A stretch of DNA of 48,053 nt from a virus. Below the pieces are notes generated by a model, which worked only from the letters and a program-made list of their open reading frames with translations, searched no databases and was not told where the DNA came from. The translations under genes and the position numbers were made by a program. The stretch lies in IMG/VR virus record IMGVR_UViG_3300005056_000004; one strand, written 5' to 3'. Positions 40,415-48,053 of this stretch are shown here, piece by piece (the first letter of the stretch is position 1; every line of letters begins with the position of its first letter).

Positions 40415-40930
40415 ATGAGGAAAGTAAGACTAGATGTTTCAAAGTTTGGATTAGTTGTTGGTGCAAAAATAAAACTTGAACTTATAAATAGTATTGGTAA
40501 ACTACAAGCAACCACAAGTGGTTACAGTCTTGATAAAAGTATAATAATAGAAAACATTACCATCATCGAAGTAGAATTACTTGAAAGTGATTTGGTAGAC
40601 TTTCTCCACTTCTATAAAATAACACTCAATAGCGAACTAAGTTTTACTTTTAGAGTTCCCACTAATGATGATTCCTCCACTCACGACCTAATATCACTCT
40701 TTAAACTCTCTTGTTATAAAGGGATAATCAATCAGGATAATAAATCACTCTCCCCACTATTTACTAAAAAACTAGACTTTTATTTCTCGGGGGAAAATCC
40801 ACACTTTACAAAAGTAGAAAAAGATATCGTGCAATTATATGAATACTACGCGAATGATGTAATAAATGGCACAGCAACAATAGACATCATGAAAATGATG
40901 GATCAATATTTATCAAAAATAGGATTTTAA
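40415..40930 (+). CDS. Structural/tail protein, function unknown
   Basis: 171-aa ORF with an AAAGGTGGA RBS. Confidence 0.5.
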   Translation: MRKVRLDVSKFGLVVGAKIKLELINSIGKLQATTSGYSLDKSIIIENITIIEVELLESDLVDFLHFYKITLNSELSFTFRVPTNDDSSTHDLISLFKLSCYKGIINQDNKSLSPLFTKKLDFYFSGENPHFTKVEKDIVQLYEYYANDVINGTATIDIMKMMDQYLSKIGF

Positions 40931-40931
40931 A

Positions 40932-42062
40932 ATGAGTTTTATAAAAAATGTTAATGCAGTAGCAGCAGACTTGGCAGGCGGAGCAGCATCAAAAATAGCA
41001 ATTATAAACAAAAACATAATTTCATTTAGTGCAAAAGTTATTTCTAGCCTTAAAGAGCTAGACACTCACACAACAGCAAAAGAGAATCAACTAGACACTT
41101 TCAACACTGCCAAAAAAGCAGAACTAGATACTCACACAACAACAAAAGAGAAGCAGCTAGACACTTTCAACACTGCTAAAAAAGCAGAACTAGACACTCA
41201 CACAACAACAAAAGAGAATCAACTAGACACTTTCAACACTGCGAAAAAAGCAGAACTAGACACTCACACAACAACAAAAGAGAATCAACTAGACACTTTC
41301 AACACTGCGAAAAAAGCAGAACTAGACACCCACACTGCAACAAAAGAGACTCAACTAGATACTTTTAACACTGCGAAAAAAGCAGAGCTAGACACTCACA
41401 CTGCTGGAATAGTAGATGATGTTCATGCTACTAAAACAAAAACTCATAGATACTTACTAGAAGTAGAAGAAAATGCTTATGATGTAGATAAAAAATTTAC
41501 ATATATAAAAGATATAGAAGTTCGTAAAGTAAAAGCATTAGATGAAACAACAGAGATACGAAAATCTGATTTAGATAAACATACAAATATAAAAAAAGTT
41601 GTATTAGATAACTATGTTGATGATACTAAAAAAGCAGAACTAGATACTCACACTGTAGCAAAAGAGAATCAATTAGATGATTTCAACACTGTTAAAAAAG
41701 CAGAACTAGACACTCACACCACAACAAAAGAGACTCAATTAGATGATTTTAACACTGTTAAAAAAGTAGAGCTAGACACTCACACTACAACAAAAGAGAC
41801 TCAACTAGACACTTTCAACACTGCCAAAAAAGTAGAACTAGACACTCACACAACAACAAAAGAGAATCAGCTAGATAACTACGAAGCCACAAAAGAACTA
41901 GAATTAAATGATTATAAAGTTATAAAAATAGATGAAATTGAAGTGTATAAAAACAAAAAAGTTGATGAGATTAATAATCAAGTAAACACTATTTACTCTG
42001 ACACATTTAAAGTTGCACGAAGATTTAAAATGCAGACTTTCGGCATAGGCTTAAATTTATAG
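40932..42062 (+). CDS. Fibre-like protein built from 22-aa (66-nt) tandem repeats
   Basis: KKAELDTHTTTKENQLDTFNTA units are present in two arrays. Confidence 0.65.
   Translation: MSFIKNVNAVAADLAGGAASKIAIINKNIISFSAKVISSLKELDTHTTAKENQLDTFNTAKKAELDTHTTTKEKQLDTFNTAKKAELDTHTTTKENQLDTFNTAKKAELDTHTTTKENQLDTFNTAKKAELDTHTATKETQLDTFNTAKKAELDTHTAGIVDDVHATKTKTHRYLLEVEENAYDVDKKFTYIKDIEVRKVKALDETTEIRKSDLDKHTNIKKVVLDNYVDDTKKAELDTHTVAKENQLDDFNTVKKAELDTHTTTKETQLDDFNTVKKVELDTHTTTKETQLDTFNTAKKVELDTHTTTKENQLDNYEATKELELNDYKVIKIDEIEVYKNKKVDEINNQVNTIYSDTFKVARRFKMQTFGIGLNL
41055..41402 (+). repeat. 66-nt in-frame tandem repeat array 1 (5 full units plus a partial one)
   Basis: Units start at 41055, 41121, 41187, 41253 and 41319, with a partial unit at 41385. 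Confidence 0.9.
41637..41900 (+). repeat. 66-nt in-frame tandem repeat array 2 (4 units, the last degenerate)
   Basis: Units start at 41637, 41703, 41769 and 41835. Confidence 0.85.
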
Positions 42063-42116
42063 AAATGATGACCAAAGACAAGTCTTAAAACTGTTCAAAA
42101 AATTAAGGAGTTACAG

Positions 42117-43637
42117 ATGGGTTTAAAAAGCACAAGAGATACACTTGTCAGTAGGATTGAAGAAGTTGCTGGCACAAGTACAGACCTTGAACAGTTAAGC
42201 TTTGCAGGGGCAAGCTTACAAAAATTAGTCGATATCAACTTTGATATTTTACCAGAAGATACAGCATACAATATAGGTGTTCCAGGAACAATGGGATATG
42301 GTGTATCTGCAATGCACGATGAGTTAGTTCCAGCTGGGTATATGAAACTATCTAGTCATGATGATGTTGCTCATCCAAATTATGGTTGTGTGATAGATTT
42401 GAATGGAAGTGTATTTGAGTATATTGCTCCTTTTTTCTTCAAAATGATTGGAAATAGTATTACTACTAGCCCTATATATGTAAGTGGATATGTAAAACCT
42501 CGTGCTTTTTACGACTCGCCAAATGGATTTTTACACTTTAAATACATGGCTGGTAATGTTGGTGGAAAACTTGTTTCTAAACAAAATATCGACCCAGTAT
42601 CAACATCAACTTCACATAACCCTATTGGGAATCTATTATCTGCTCCATCAAATAATTATGGTGGATTTGTTGATGCTTGTAAATCAGCAGGCTACAAAGC
42701 AACTACTATATTTGAATGGACTGCACTACAACTTTTAGCACTTGCTCAGTCGCAAAGTGGTGCATCTTCTGCACTATGTGCATTTAATGATGTTGCACCA
42801 TTTTTTCCAAAAGGAAATCTTGGAAATGCTTTACACGATGTAAATGATACAAGTGTAACTTTTACCGGTAGCGGCTATTCAAACTGTGCTTTGACAGGTA
42901 GTGGTTCAAACTTTGCAAAGACAACACACAATGGTCAGAACTCCGGTATAGCAGATATGAACGGAAATATGTGGAAGATTGTAACAGGACTTACATACTT
43001 AGCAAAAAATAATGCGACTTGTGCAATAAATACAAAAGATGTATCTATGCCTAGCCACGGTTTAGCAATTAATGATGTAATTTACTTCGGTGGTACACCA
43101 TCTAGTGGCTCTACTTATAACACTGCTGCTTATACAGTAACCGCAGTAACTGATGGCAATAACTTTACAGTAGGAACTGTACTTCAAAGAGCTATCGTGT
43201 CTACTGACGGAGTTTATAGTTCAAGATATTTCAGAATTTTAAAAACTTCTGTGAATCCACATGATCTTACAAGTGTAAATCTACTTGATGATTCTAAATA
43301 TGATTTGCTAAATCTTACTGGAATGATTGATTCAAATACTGGAAGTACTTATTTTGGGAATGGAGCAGAGACTGTTCTTAACTTTTCTACAGATACAAAT
43401 TCAATAGCATACAAAGCTGGAAGTGTTGGAATTCCAACTCCAACAGGAACAAGTGCATCTGGAGCTACTATATTTGGGAATGACTATATTTACAAATATA
43501 TGAGACATGGTCTCGTGCCGATTGTCGGTGGGTATTGGAATGACACTTCCAATGCTGGGGTTTTCGCTCTTGATTTGTACGGTGCTTCGGCTAATTCGCA
43601 CAGCGCTGTTGGTGGTTTCGCCTCTGTTTCCTTGTAG
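42117..43637 (+). CDS. DGR target protein: receptor-binding tail fibre with a C-terminal C-type-lectin-fold variable region
   Basis: 506 aa. IADMNGNMWKIV resembles the CLec/FGE-type DMxGNVWEW motif. The C-terminus VGGYWNDTSNAGVFALDLYGASANSHSAVGGFASVSL carries the VR. Confidence 0.85.
   Translation: MGLKSTRDTLVSRIEEVAGTSTDLEQLSFAGASLQKLVDINFDILPEDTAYNIGVPGTMGYGVSAMHDELVPAGYMKLSSHDDVAHPNYGCVIDLNGSVFEYIAPFFFKMIGNSITTSPIYVSGYVKPRAFYDSPNGFLHFKYMAGNVGGKLVSKQNIDPVSTSTSHNPIGNLLSAPSNNYGGFVDACKSAGYKATTIFEWTALQLLALAQSQSGASSALCAFNDVAPFFPKGNLGNALHDVNDTSVTFTGSGYSNCALTGSGSNFAKTTHNGQNSGIADMNGNMWKIVTGLTYLAKNNATCAINTKDVSMPSHGLAINDVIYFGGTPSSGSTYNTAAYTVTAVTDGNNFTVGTVLQRAIVSTDGVYSSRYFRILKTSVNPHDLTSVNLLDDSKYDLLNLTGMIDSNTGSTYFGNGAETVLNFSTDTNSIAYKAGSVGIPTPTGTSASGATIFGNDYIYKYMRHGLVPIVGGYWNDTSNAGVFALDLYGASANSHSAVGGFASVSL
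43510..43623 (+). repeat. DGR variable repeat (VR)
   Basis: Gapless 114-nt alignment to 44088-44201 with 101 identities. 12 of the 13 mismatches lie opposite TR adenines. Confidence 0.9.
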
Positions 43638-43649
43638 TAGGGAACGATA

Positions 43650-44054
43650 GTGAACGGGGTAAGCAAAGGTGAAGTTTCTTTAAATAGAAAGTTTGTGGAA
43701 ATGATGAAGTTACTTAATGTGTATCTCAATCATTTTCCACGATATGAAAAATTTGCACTCTCTAATGATATACGAAATACAGCTTACAGAGTGTATGACT
43801 TAATAACAGAGTGCCAAAAGAGATACTATAAAAAGAGTTCACTTACTTCTCTTGATATAGAACACGAGAAGCTTAGAATGCAGATAATCCTAGCGAACGA
43901 ACTCGGATATTTTGCATTTAAAGATGGTTCTAAAAACTCTAAACTTGCACGACCTGAACATAGATTTTTAGCTATCTCTCAACTTATTGATGAGATAGGT
44001 AGGATTATAGGTGCTTGGATAAACAAGCTAAGAAAGACAAACGAGTTTACATAA
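43650..44054 (+). CDS. avd: Accessory variability determinant (Avd, four-helix-bundle family)
   Basis: NHFPRYEKFALSNDIRNTAYRVYDLITEC resembles the Avd/S23-like FPKxEKYxL...R signature. It is small and basic and lies between VR and TR. The true start may be ATG 43701, giving 117 aa. Confidence 0.75.
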   Translation: MNGVSKGEVSLNRKFVEMMKLLNVYLNHFPRYEKFALSNDIRNTAYRVYDLITECQKRYYKKSSLTSLDIEHEKLRMQIILANELGYFAFKDGSKNSKLARPEHRFLAISQLIDEIGRIIGAWINKLRKTNEFT

Positions 44055-44087
44055 AACTCAATGGGCTACTGCATTAACATGATTTGT

Positions 44088-44201
44088 GTCTCGTGCCGAT
44101 TGTCGGTGGGAATTGGAATAACACTTCCAATGCTGGGGTTTTCGCTCTTAATTTGAACAATTATTCGGCTAATTCGAACAACAATGTTGGTGGTTTCGAC
44201 T
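44088..44201 (+). repeat. DGR template repeat (TR), noncoding
   Basis: Intergenic between avd and the RT gene. It contains 26 adenines, 12 of which are substituted in the VR. Confidence 0.9.
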
Positions 44202-44296
44202 TCGTTCTAACCTGAAATATCTTAAAGATAAAATTGGAACAAAGGGATGTAGAGTCCAGCTATAAGCGAAATTTTAAAGAGGAGATTTGTTAGAGT

Positions 44297-45343
44297 ATGA
44301 GAAATATTAAGTATGGACTAGAAATTCCAAATACCTCGAAAAGATACGGTGGACTGTACCAGCTTGCTTTTACAAAAGAGAACCTTTACAAAGCTTATTT
44401 AGAAGCTAGAAAGGGTAAGAGAAATAAGGTTGGTACATATTTATTTGAAAAAAACATAGGTGAAAACATTGATAACTTATTTGAAGAGTTACAGTGTTTT
44501 TCATATAAGCCTAGAGAGTATAGAACTTTTACAGTTTATGAACCAAAAGAGAGAGTTATTAAGGCACCTCATTTTAGAGATTTAGTAGTGCAGCACTCTA
44601 TTTATAGAGTGATTTATAATATTTTCAATAAGTCATTTATAGATACTAGCTTTGCTTGTAGGAAAAATGGTGGAACTCATAAGTGTAGTGTTTATACCCA
44701 GACTCAGATGAAGAAATATAATGGAAATCTTTACTTTATCAAGCTTGATATTAGAAAGTTTTTTTACTCTATAGATAGAGGAATACTTAGAAAGTTATTT
44801 GAGAAGAAAATAAAAGATAAACAAATGATAGACATTATGACTCTGTTTACAGAAGATGATAGTTCTAGTGTTGGCATACCAATTGGTAATCTTTTAAGTC
44901 AGCTATATTCTCTCATATATCTTAACGAGTTGGATCACTTTGTAAAAAGAGAACTTAAAATAAAAAGCTATGTTCGTTACGTAGATGATTTTGTGCTCAT
45001 CGGTCTCACTCTTGATGAAGCAAAAATAGCAAAAGAGAAGTGTGAGAAGTTTGTACAGGACAAATTAAATCTTGAATTATCTCATTGGCATATACAGAAG
45101 ATAAAAAGAGGTATTAACTTTGTCGGATATAGGACATGGAAAAATGTAAAGTTTGTTAGAAAGCACTCTTTATACAAGTTCAAAAGAGCAACAAAAAAAC
45201 AAAAGGTCGATTCGATTATATCTTTAATCGGTCATGCAAAAGGTACAAAAAGTTTGAGTTATTTCAAAAATATACTTGAAAACTATATGCCTTATTATAA
45301 AAATTTAATACCGACTAGGAGTCGAAAATGTTTAGATATGTAA
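44297..45343 (+). CDS. DGR-type reverse transcriptase
   Basis: 348 aa. The catalytic motif is YVRYVDDFVLIG (YxDD). The DGR-clade hallmark is IPIGNLLSQLYSLIYLNELD (IGxxxSQ). IKLDIRKFFYSI is motif A. Confidence 0.9.
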   Translation: MRNIKYGLEIPNTSKRYGGLYQLAFTKENLYKAYLEARKGKRNKVGTYLFEKNIGENIDNLFEELQCFSYKPREYRTFTVYEPKERVIKAPHFRDLVVQHSIYRVIYNIFNKSFIDTSFACRKNGGTHKCSVYTQTQMKKYNGNLYFIKLDIRKFFYSIDRGILRKLFEKKIKDKQMIDIMTLFTEDDSSSVGIPIGNLLSQLYSLIYLNELDHFVKRELKIKSYVRYVDDFVLIGLTLDEAKIAKEKCEKFVQDKLNLELSHWHIQKIKRGINFVGYRTWKNVKFVRKHSLYKFKRATKKQKVDSIISLIGHAKGTKSLSYFKNILENYMPYYKNLIPTRSRKCLDM

Positions 45344-45732
45344 AATATAACAAGATACAGAAACCTGATACAGTTTTAGAGTTTAGAGGCGGTGATGATG
45401 ATACAGTCAAAGTTAATTACTTTGATGTTGATGTTGTTAGTATTGAAGCGACACTTGAAGCTGACATTGATGCTTTAGTAGCACAACAAGCTAGTGAAAT
45501 AGGGTGTACTATTATAACTCAAGCAGAGTTTAAAACATTGGTATCTGGAACTGCACAGTTGAAAAGAATCCGAGAAGTTGTTGCATCTGAAATATCTAAA
45601 AATTACACGCTTTCTGATGAAATTGGAATTAGTAGAAGAGCAATTGATGATGCAAAGAGAGTCACTTATGATACTTATGTTAAAACTTGTACATCAAAGG
45701 GAACATCTCTTAAAGCACTTGTAGGGTACTAA
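45328..45732 (+). CDS. Hypothetical protein
   Basis: 134-aa ORF overlapping the RT 3' end by 16 nt. Confidence 0.5.
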   Translation: MFRYVKYNKIQKPDTVLEFRGGDDDTVKVNYFDVDVVSIEATLEADIDALVAQQASEIGCTIITQAEFKTLVSGTAQLKRIREVVASEISKNYTLSDEIGISRRAIDDAKRVTYDTYVKTCTSKGTSLKALVGY

Positions 45733-45734
45733 AA

Positions 45735-46076
45735 ATGTCATACAATAACTTTAACGATATAAATATGATTTCAACGTTAGTTGCATTTTTGGCTGGTATA
45801 TGGGGTGCTGTTTTAAGTTTTCTTAGAAGGGATATGAAAACATATTCTACACTTAAAAAAATATCTCTTTTCTTTATGGATATGTTTGTAAACATAGGCT
45901 TAACAATGTTAGCTTATCTAGGACTAATCGGCTATGGGGCAAACGACCTTTTAGCAGTTGCGGTCAGTGGTTTTATAGGACATCAAGGCACTAGAAGTTT
46001 TTATCTTATTGAACTAATAATAACTGAAAAATTAGGTGCAAAAGCTACATTTGATGAGATTAAAAAGGGGAAATAA
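45735..46076 (+). CDS. Putative holin (three predicted TM helices)
   Basis: Hydrophobic segments are ISTLVAFLAGIWGAVLSFL, FVNIGLTMLAYLGLIGYG and LLAVAVSGFIG. It lies upstream of the endolysin. Confidence 0.5.
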   Translation: MSYNNFNDINMISTLVAFLAGIWGAVLSFLRRDMKTYSTLKKISLFFMDMFVNIGLTMLAYLGLIGYGANDLLAVAVSGFIGHQGTRSFYLIELIITEKLGAKATFDEIKKGK

Positions 46077-46567
46077 TGTGGGAAAACATAAAAGAAATAG
46101 TAGGAACAGTAGCACCAATAGCAGGATCACTTTTAGGTGGTCCAATAGGTGGAACAGTAGGAAGTATGGTAGCAGGACTTTTAGGAGTTGAAGATGATCC
46201 AAAGTCAATAGAAAGAGAACTGAGAAATAATCCTGATGCTCTACTAAAGCTAAAAACTCTTGATGCAGATGAAAGAATAAAATCTTTAAACGCGATGTAT
46301 AAAGATAGAGCAGATGCACGGAATATGAGTATAAAAGTGCAAAGTAGTGCGGATTGGTTAGTAAGAAGCACTGGAAGTATGATAGCAATATTTACAGTAG
46401 CAAGTGCATTCGTAATGGATATGTACTTGCTATACTTATCAGTAACAAATGGAGAAATAAACAGTATATTCACTTTGATAGCTGGTGGAACAACTGTAAA
46501 ATCGGCGCAAGTGCTATCGTTTTACTTTGGAGATGCAAAAGCAAACGCTGATAAAGCAAGGGGATAA
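46076..46567 (+). CDS. Membrane protein of the lysis cassette (GTA-holin-3TM-like)
   Basis: A glycine-zipper N-terminus VAPIAGSLLGGPIGGTVGSMVAGLLGV plus C-terminal hydrophobic helices. ATAATGTGG start overlap. Confidence 0.45.
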   Translation: MWENIKEIVGTVAPIAGSLLGGPIGGTVGSMVAGLLGVEDDPKSIERELRNNPDALLKLKTLDADERIKSLNAMYKDRADARNMSIKVQSSADWLVRSTGSMIAIFTVASAFVMDMYLLYLSVTNGEINSIFTLIAGGTTVKSAQVLSFYFGDAKANADKARG

Positions 46568-46569
46568 AG

Positions 46570-47064
46570 ATGAACTTCAATGAACTGCAAGAGAGAAACA
46601 AGACAACAGTATATCCATACTCAAGAAAATCGTTAAAAGTACTTTTAGACGTACTTCCAATAATGCAAGAGTTCGCGTTTAGACTAGCCAACATCATGGA
46701 CTTGAGAATGGTATCAGGAGTGAGAACAGATGAAGAGCAACACAAAAAGTTTTTAGATGGACTTAGTTCTAAAGATGGGTATAAAAAAAAGAGCGCACAC
46801 CAAAAAAGAGAAGACGGATTTGGATATGCAATAGATATGCTACCTTTACCAAAAGGTGTAAATATGTATGCAGATGATGGAAGTGAAGACAATATCAGAT
46901 GGGGTCAATTTGATGGAGCTTGTCATGCGATAGCGTTTGAAATGGGAATAAAAGTAAGAACAGGATTTAAGTGGAGAAACAATTTAATGGGTTCGTTAGC
47001 AAGAGCAGAAAGAGAAAACACACTTCCAGATGGAAATCACATAGAGTATGTAGGAGTAGCATAA
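46570..47064 (+). CDS. Endolysin, peptidase M15-type (zinc D-Ala-D-Ala / L-Ala-D-Glu peptidase fold)
   Basis: VSGVRTDEEQ, SAHQKREDGFGYAIDM and DGNHIEY correspond to the SxxR...Q, H..D and terminal His zinc-ligand blocks of M15 lysins. Confidence 0.7.
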   Translation: MNFNELQERNKTTVYPYSRKSLKVLLDVLPIMQEFAFRLANIMDLRMVSGVRTDEEQHKKFLDGLSSKDGYKKKSAHQKREDGFGYAIDMLPLPKGVNMYADDGSEDNIRWGQFDGACHAIAFEMGIKVRTGFKWRNNLMGSLARAERENTLPDGNHIEYVGVA

Positions 47065-47106
47065 AGCTACTTCATGCATCATCCTCAATAAGATTAGGTT
47101 TTATAA

Positions 47107-47664
47107 ATGAAAAATTCACAATCAGATAAGTTATCTAGGATTTCTATAGTTAAATCTGCTGGACTTCAAGCTCTAATAGATATTTTAAACAATACAACGG
47201 TAGGTACACTTAGTAGTTCTATAGATAGTAATAGTGCTGACATAGTAACTATAAATACATCTATTACAAATATAAATACTCAAGCTGCTACTAATGCAAA
47301 TGACATAGCAGCTATAAATACATCTATTACAGATATAAATACTCAAGCTACTACTAATGCAAATGACATAGCAGCTATAAATACATCTATTACAGATATA
47401 AATACTCAAGCTACTACTAATGCAAATGACATAGCAGCTATTAATGCTTCCATACAGACCCTTACAGATATAGACACACTTATCAACAGTAAGATAGACT
47501 CAATAGCACTGCTATTTGGTATAGTATTTAACACAGATGGAACTATAAGTACTCAAAACTATACAGCACACACACACTCTTACTCTGATGTAAGCATAGA
47601 AGATACAGCAGATGCAACAGGCTTGACAAACACTGATACTAAAACAACACAAGGAGTTGCATAA
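47107..47664 (+). CDS. Fibre-like protein with 21-aa (63-nt) tandem repeats
   Basis: NANDIAAINTSITDINTQATT occurs three times. Confidence 0.6.
   Translation: MKNSQSDKLSRISIVKSAGLQALIDILNNTTVGTLSSSIDSNSADIVTINTSITNINTQAATNANDIAAINTSITDINTQATTNANDIAAINTSITDINTQATTNANDIAAINASIQTLTDIDTLINSKIDSIALLFGIVFNTDGTISTQNYTAHTHSYSDVSIEDTADATGLTNTDTKTTQGVA
47251..47439 (+). repeat. 63-nt in-frame tandem repeat x3
   Basis: Units start at 47251, 47314 and 47377. Units 2 and 3 are identical. Unit 1 differs at a few positions. Confidence 0.9.
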
Positions 47665-48053
47665 TGGCAACAATTATCACGAAAGAGATAGAGAATATAT
47701 TTGATACATTCTTAGAAAAGACAATAGCAAAACTTACAACGCTTTATAAAGATACAAACATGGAAGATGAGGCTTTTGCAACTATATCCGGTGCTGCTAT
47801 TACATCAGCAATGAACTCAAGTGTCAATGCTCACGACTCACTGAAGAGAGGTCAGCTCATAGATAAACAGATTGCTACAGAAGCTAAAAAGACTCTCGAC
47901 ATAGTAAGCTTAACAGCAGTTCGTGATGCTCAGTCAGATAAAGACTTACTTGTAAAACAAGAGCAGATAGATATGAGCGTTTTACAACAAGACACAGAAG
48001 TTAAAAAAGCTTTAGACATAGCAAGCTCAACAGCGGTTCGTGATGCTCAGTCA
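47664..48053 (+). CDS. N-terminal part of a wrap-around structural gene (294 aa after circularisation, continues into 1-594)
   Basis: ATG at 47664 follows AAGGAG and overlaps the TAA stop of the upstream fibre gene. The frame stays open to the window end and is in phase with ORF 19-594 through the 99-nt overlap. Confidence 0.7.
   Translation, partial: MATIITKEIENIFDTFLEKTIAKLTTLYKDTNMEDEAFATISGAAITSAMNSSVNAHDSLKRGQLIDKQIATEAKKTLDIVSLTAVRDAQSDKDLLVKQEQIDMSVLQQDTEVKKALDIASSTAVRDAQS
47955..48053. repeat. Terminal overlap, right copy (identical to 1-99)
   Basis: Same as the left copy. A 99-nt overlap is typical of a circular contig from a k=99 de Bruijn assembly (inference). A true direct terminal repeat cannot be excluded. 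Confidence 0.95.

Larger units (their letters stand above)
42117..45343 (+). mobile_element. Diversity-generating retroelement cassette (target/VR - avd - TR - RT)
   Basis: See the component features below. The order matches the classical phage DGR order. Confidence 0.9.
1..48053. mobile_element. Complete circular temperate phage (possibly phage-plasmid) genome, unit length 47,954 bp
   Basis: The first 99 nt equal the last 99 nt and an ORF reads through the junction. Capsid, portal, terminase, lysis, integrase/attP, replication and partition genes are all present. No host housekeeping genes. Confidence 0.85.

Noticed and set aside
41055-41900. Regularly spaced 66-nt repeats that could be mistaken for a CRISPR array.
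   Set aside because: The repeats are contiguous with no unique spacers. They are in frame within a 376-aa ORF and encode a conserved 22-aa unit. There are no cas genes.
38918-43729. Alternative-frame or antisense ORFs inside terL, the DGR target and the avd region (38918-39109, 39761-40108, 40113-40313, 42502-42738, 43401-43601, 43490-43729).
   Set aside because: Each lies within a gene with strong motif support in another frame. None has an RBS or a recognisable domain.
44297-45343. The reverse transcriptase as a retron, group II intron or Abi-type defence RT.
   Set aside because: It has the IGxxxSQ motif typical of DGR RTs. It is flanked by an Avd gene and a TR/VR pair with A-specific mismatches. 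No intron RNA domains, maturase or endonuclease domains, or msr/msd-like inverted repeats were seen.
46032-46892. Minus-strand ORFs 46032-46388, 46060-46473 and 46470-46892 opposite the lysis cassette.
   Set aside because: They overlap better-supported plus-strand genes (glycine-zipper membrane protein, M15 endolysin with catalytic motifs). They are Leu/Phe/Ser-rich with no motifs.

Overview
AT-rich window that appears to be one complete, circularly closed temperate phage or phage-plasmid genome. Nt 1-99 are identical to nt 47955-48053, giving a unit length of 47,954 bp, and one ORF reads through the junction. No host housekeeping genes are present. Gene style, a poly-G tract and a tRNA-Met attachment core suggest a Campylobacterota-like host, but that is inference only. 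Layout: (1) a rightward structural block at 600-21668 with scaffold-like protein, N4-gp56-like major capsid, portal and a 4,066-aa polyvalent protein carrying N6-adenine methyltransferase, SNF2 helicase and HExxH peptidase motifs. (2) attP with the 3' part of a tRNA-Met(CAU)-like gene, flanked by repeat sites, next to a tyrosine integrase (21669-23059). (3) A leftward early block at 23097-32092 with dUTPase, DnaG primase, ParB, ParA, a small second tyrosine recombinase and an antirepressor-like protein. (4) A small moron-like cluster, then an unusual 1.2-kb ORF-free region at 33066-34295 with a 23-bp perfect inverted repeat, a recurring GC-rich motif, tandem repeats, an AT-rich tract and a G9/T9 homopolymer pair. 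(5) A cI-like repressor facing a consensus promoter, followed by excisionase-like HTH proteins, a DnaB-like helicase, a DUF2829 (Tad2-like) fusion and a DUF736-like protein with an SSB-type DEIPF tail. (6) Large terminase, repeat-rich fibres and a complete diversity-generating retroelement (target with C-terminal VR, Avd, TR, RT at 42117-45343). (7) A lysis cassette and another repeat-bearing fibre. The best-supported special system is the DGR, whose adenine-specific VR/TR mismatch pattern can be read directly from the sequence. Other unexplained signals are a 14-nt quasi-palindrome present in 5 exact copies, a conserved 13-40 nt box upstream of four operons, and the noncoding region. All family assignments come from motif recognition by eye, with no searches run.
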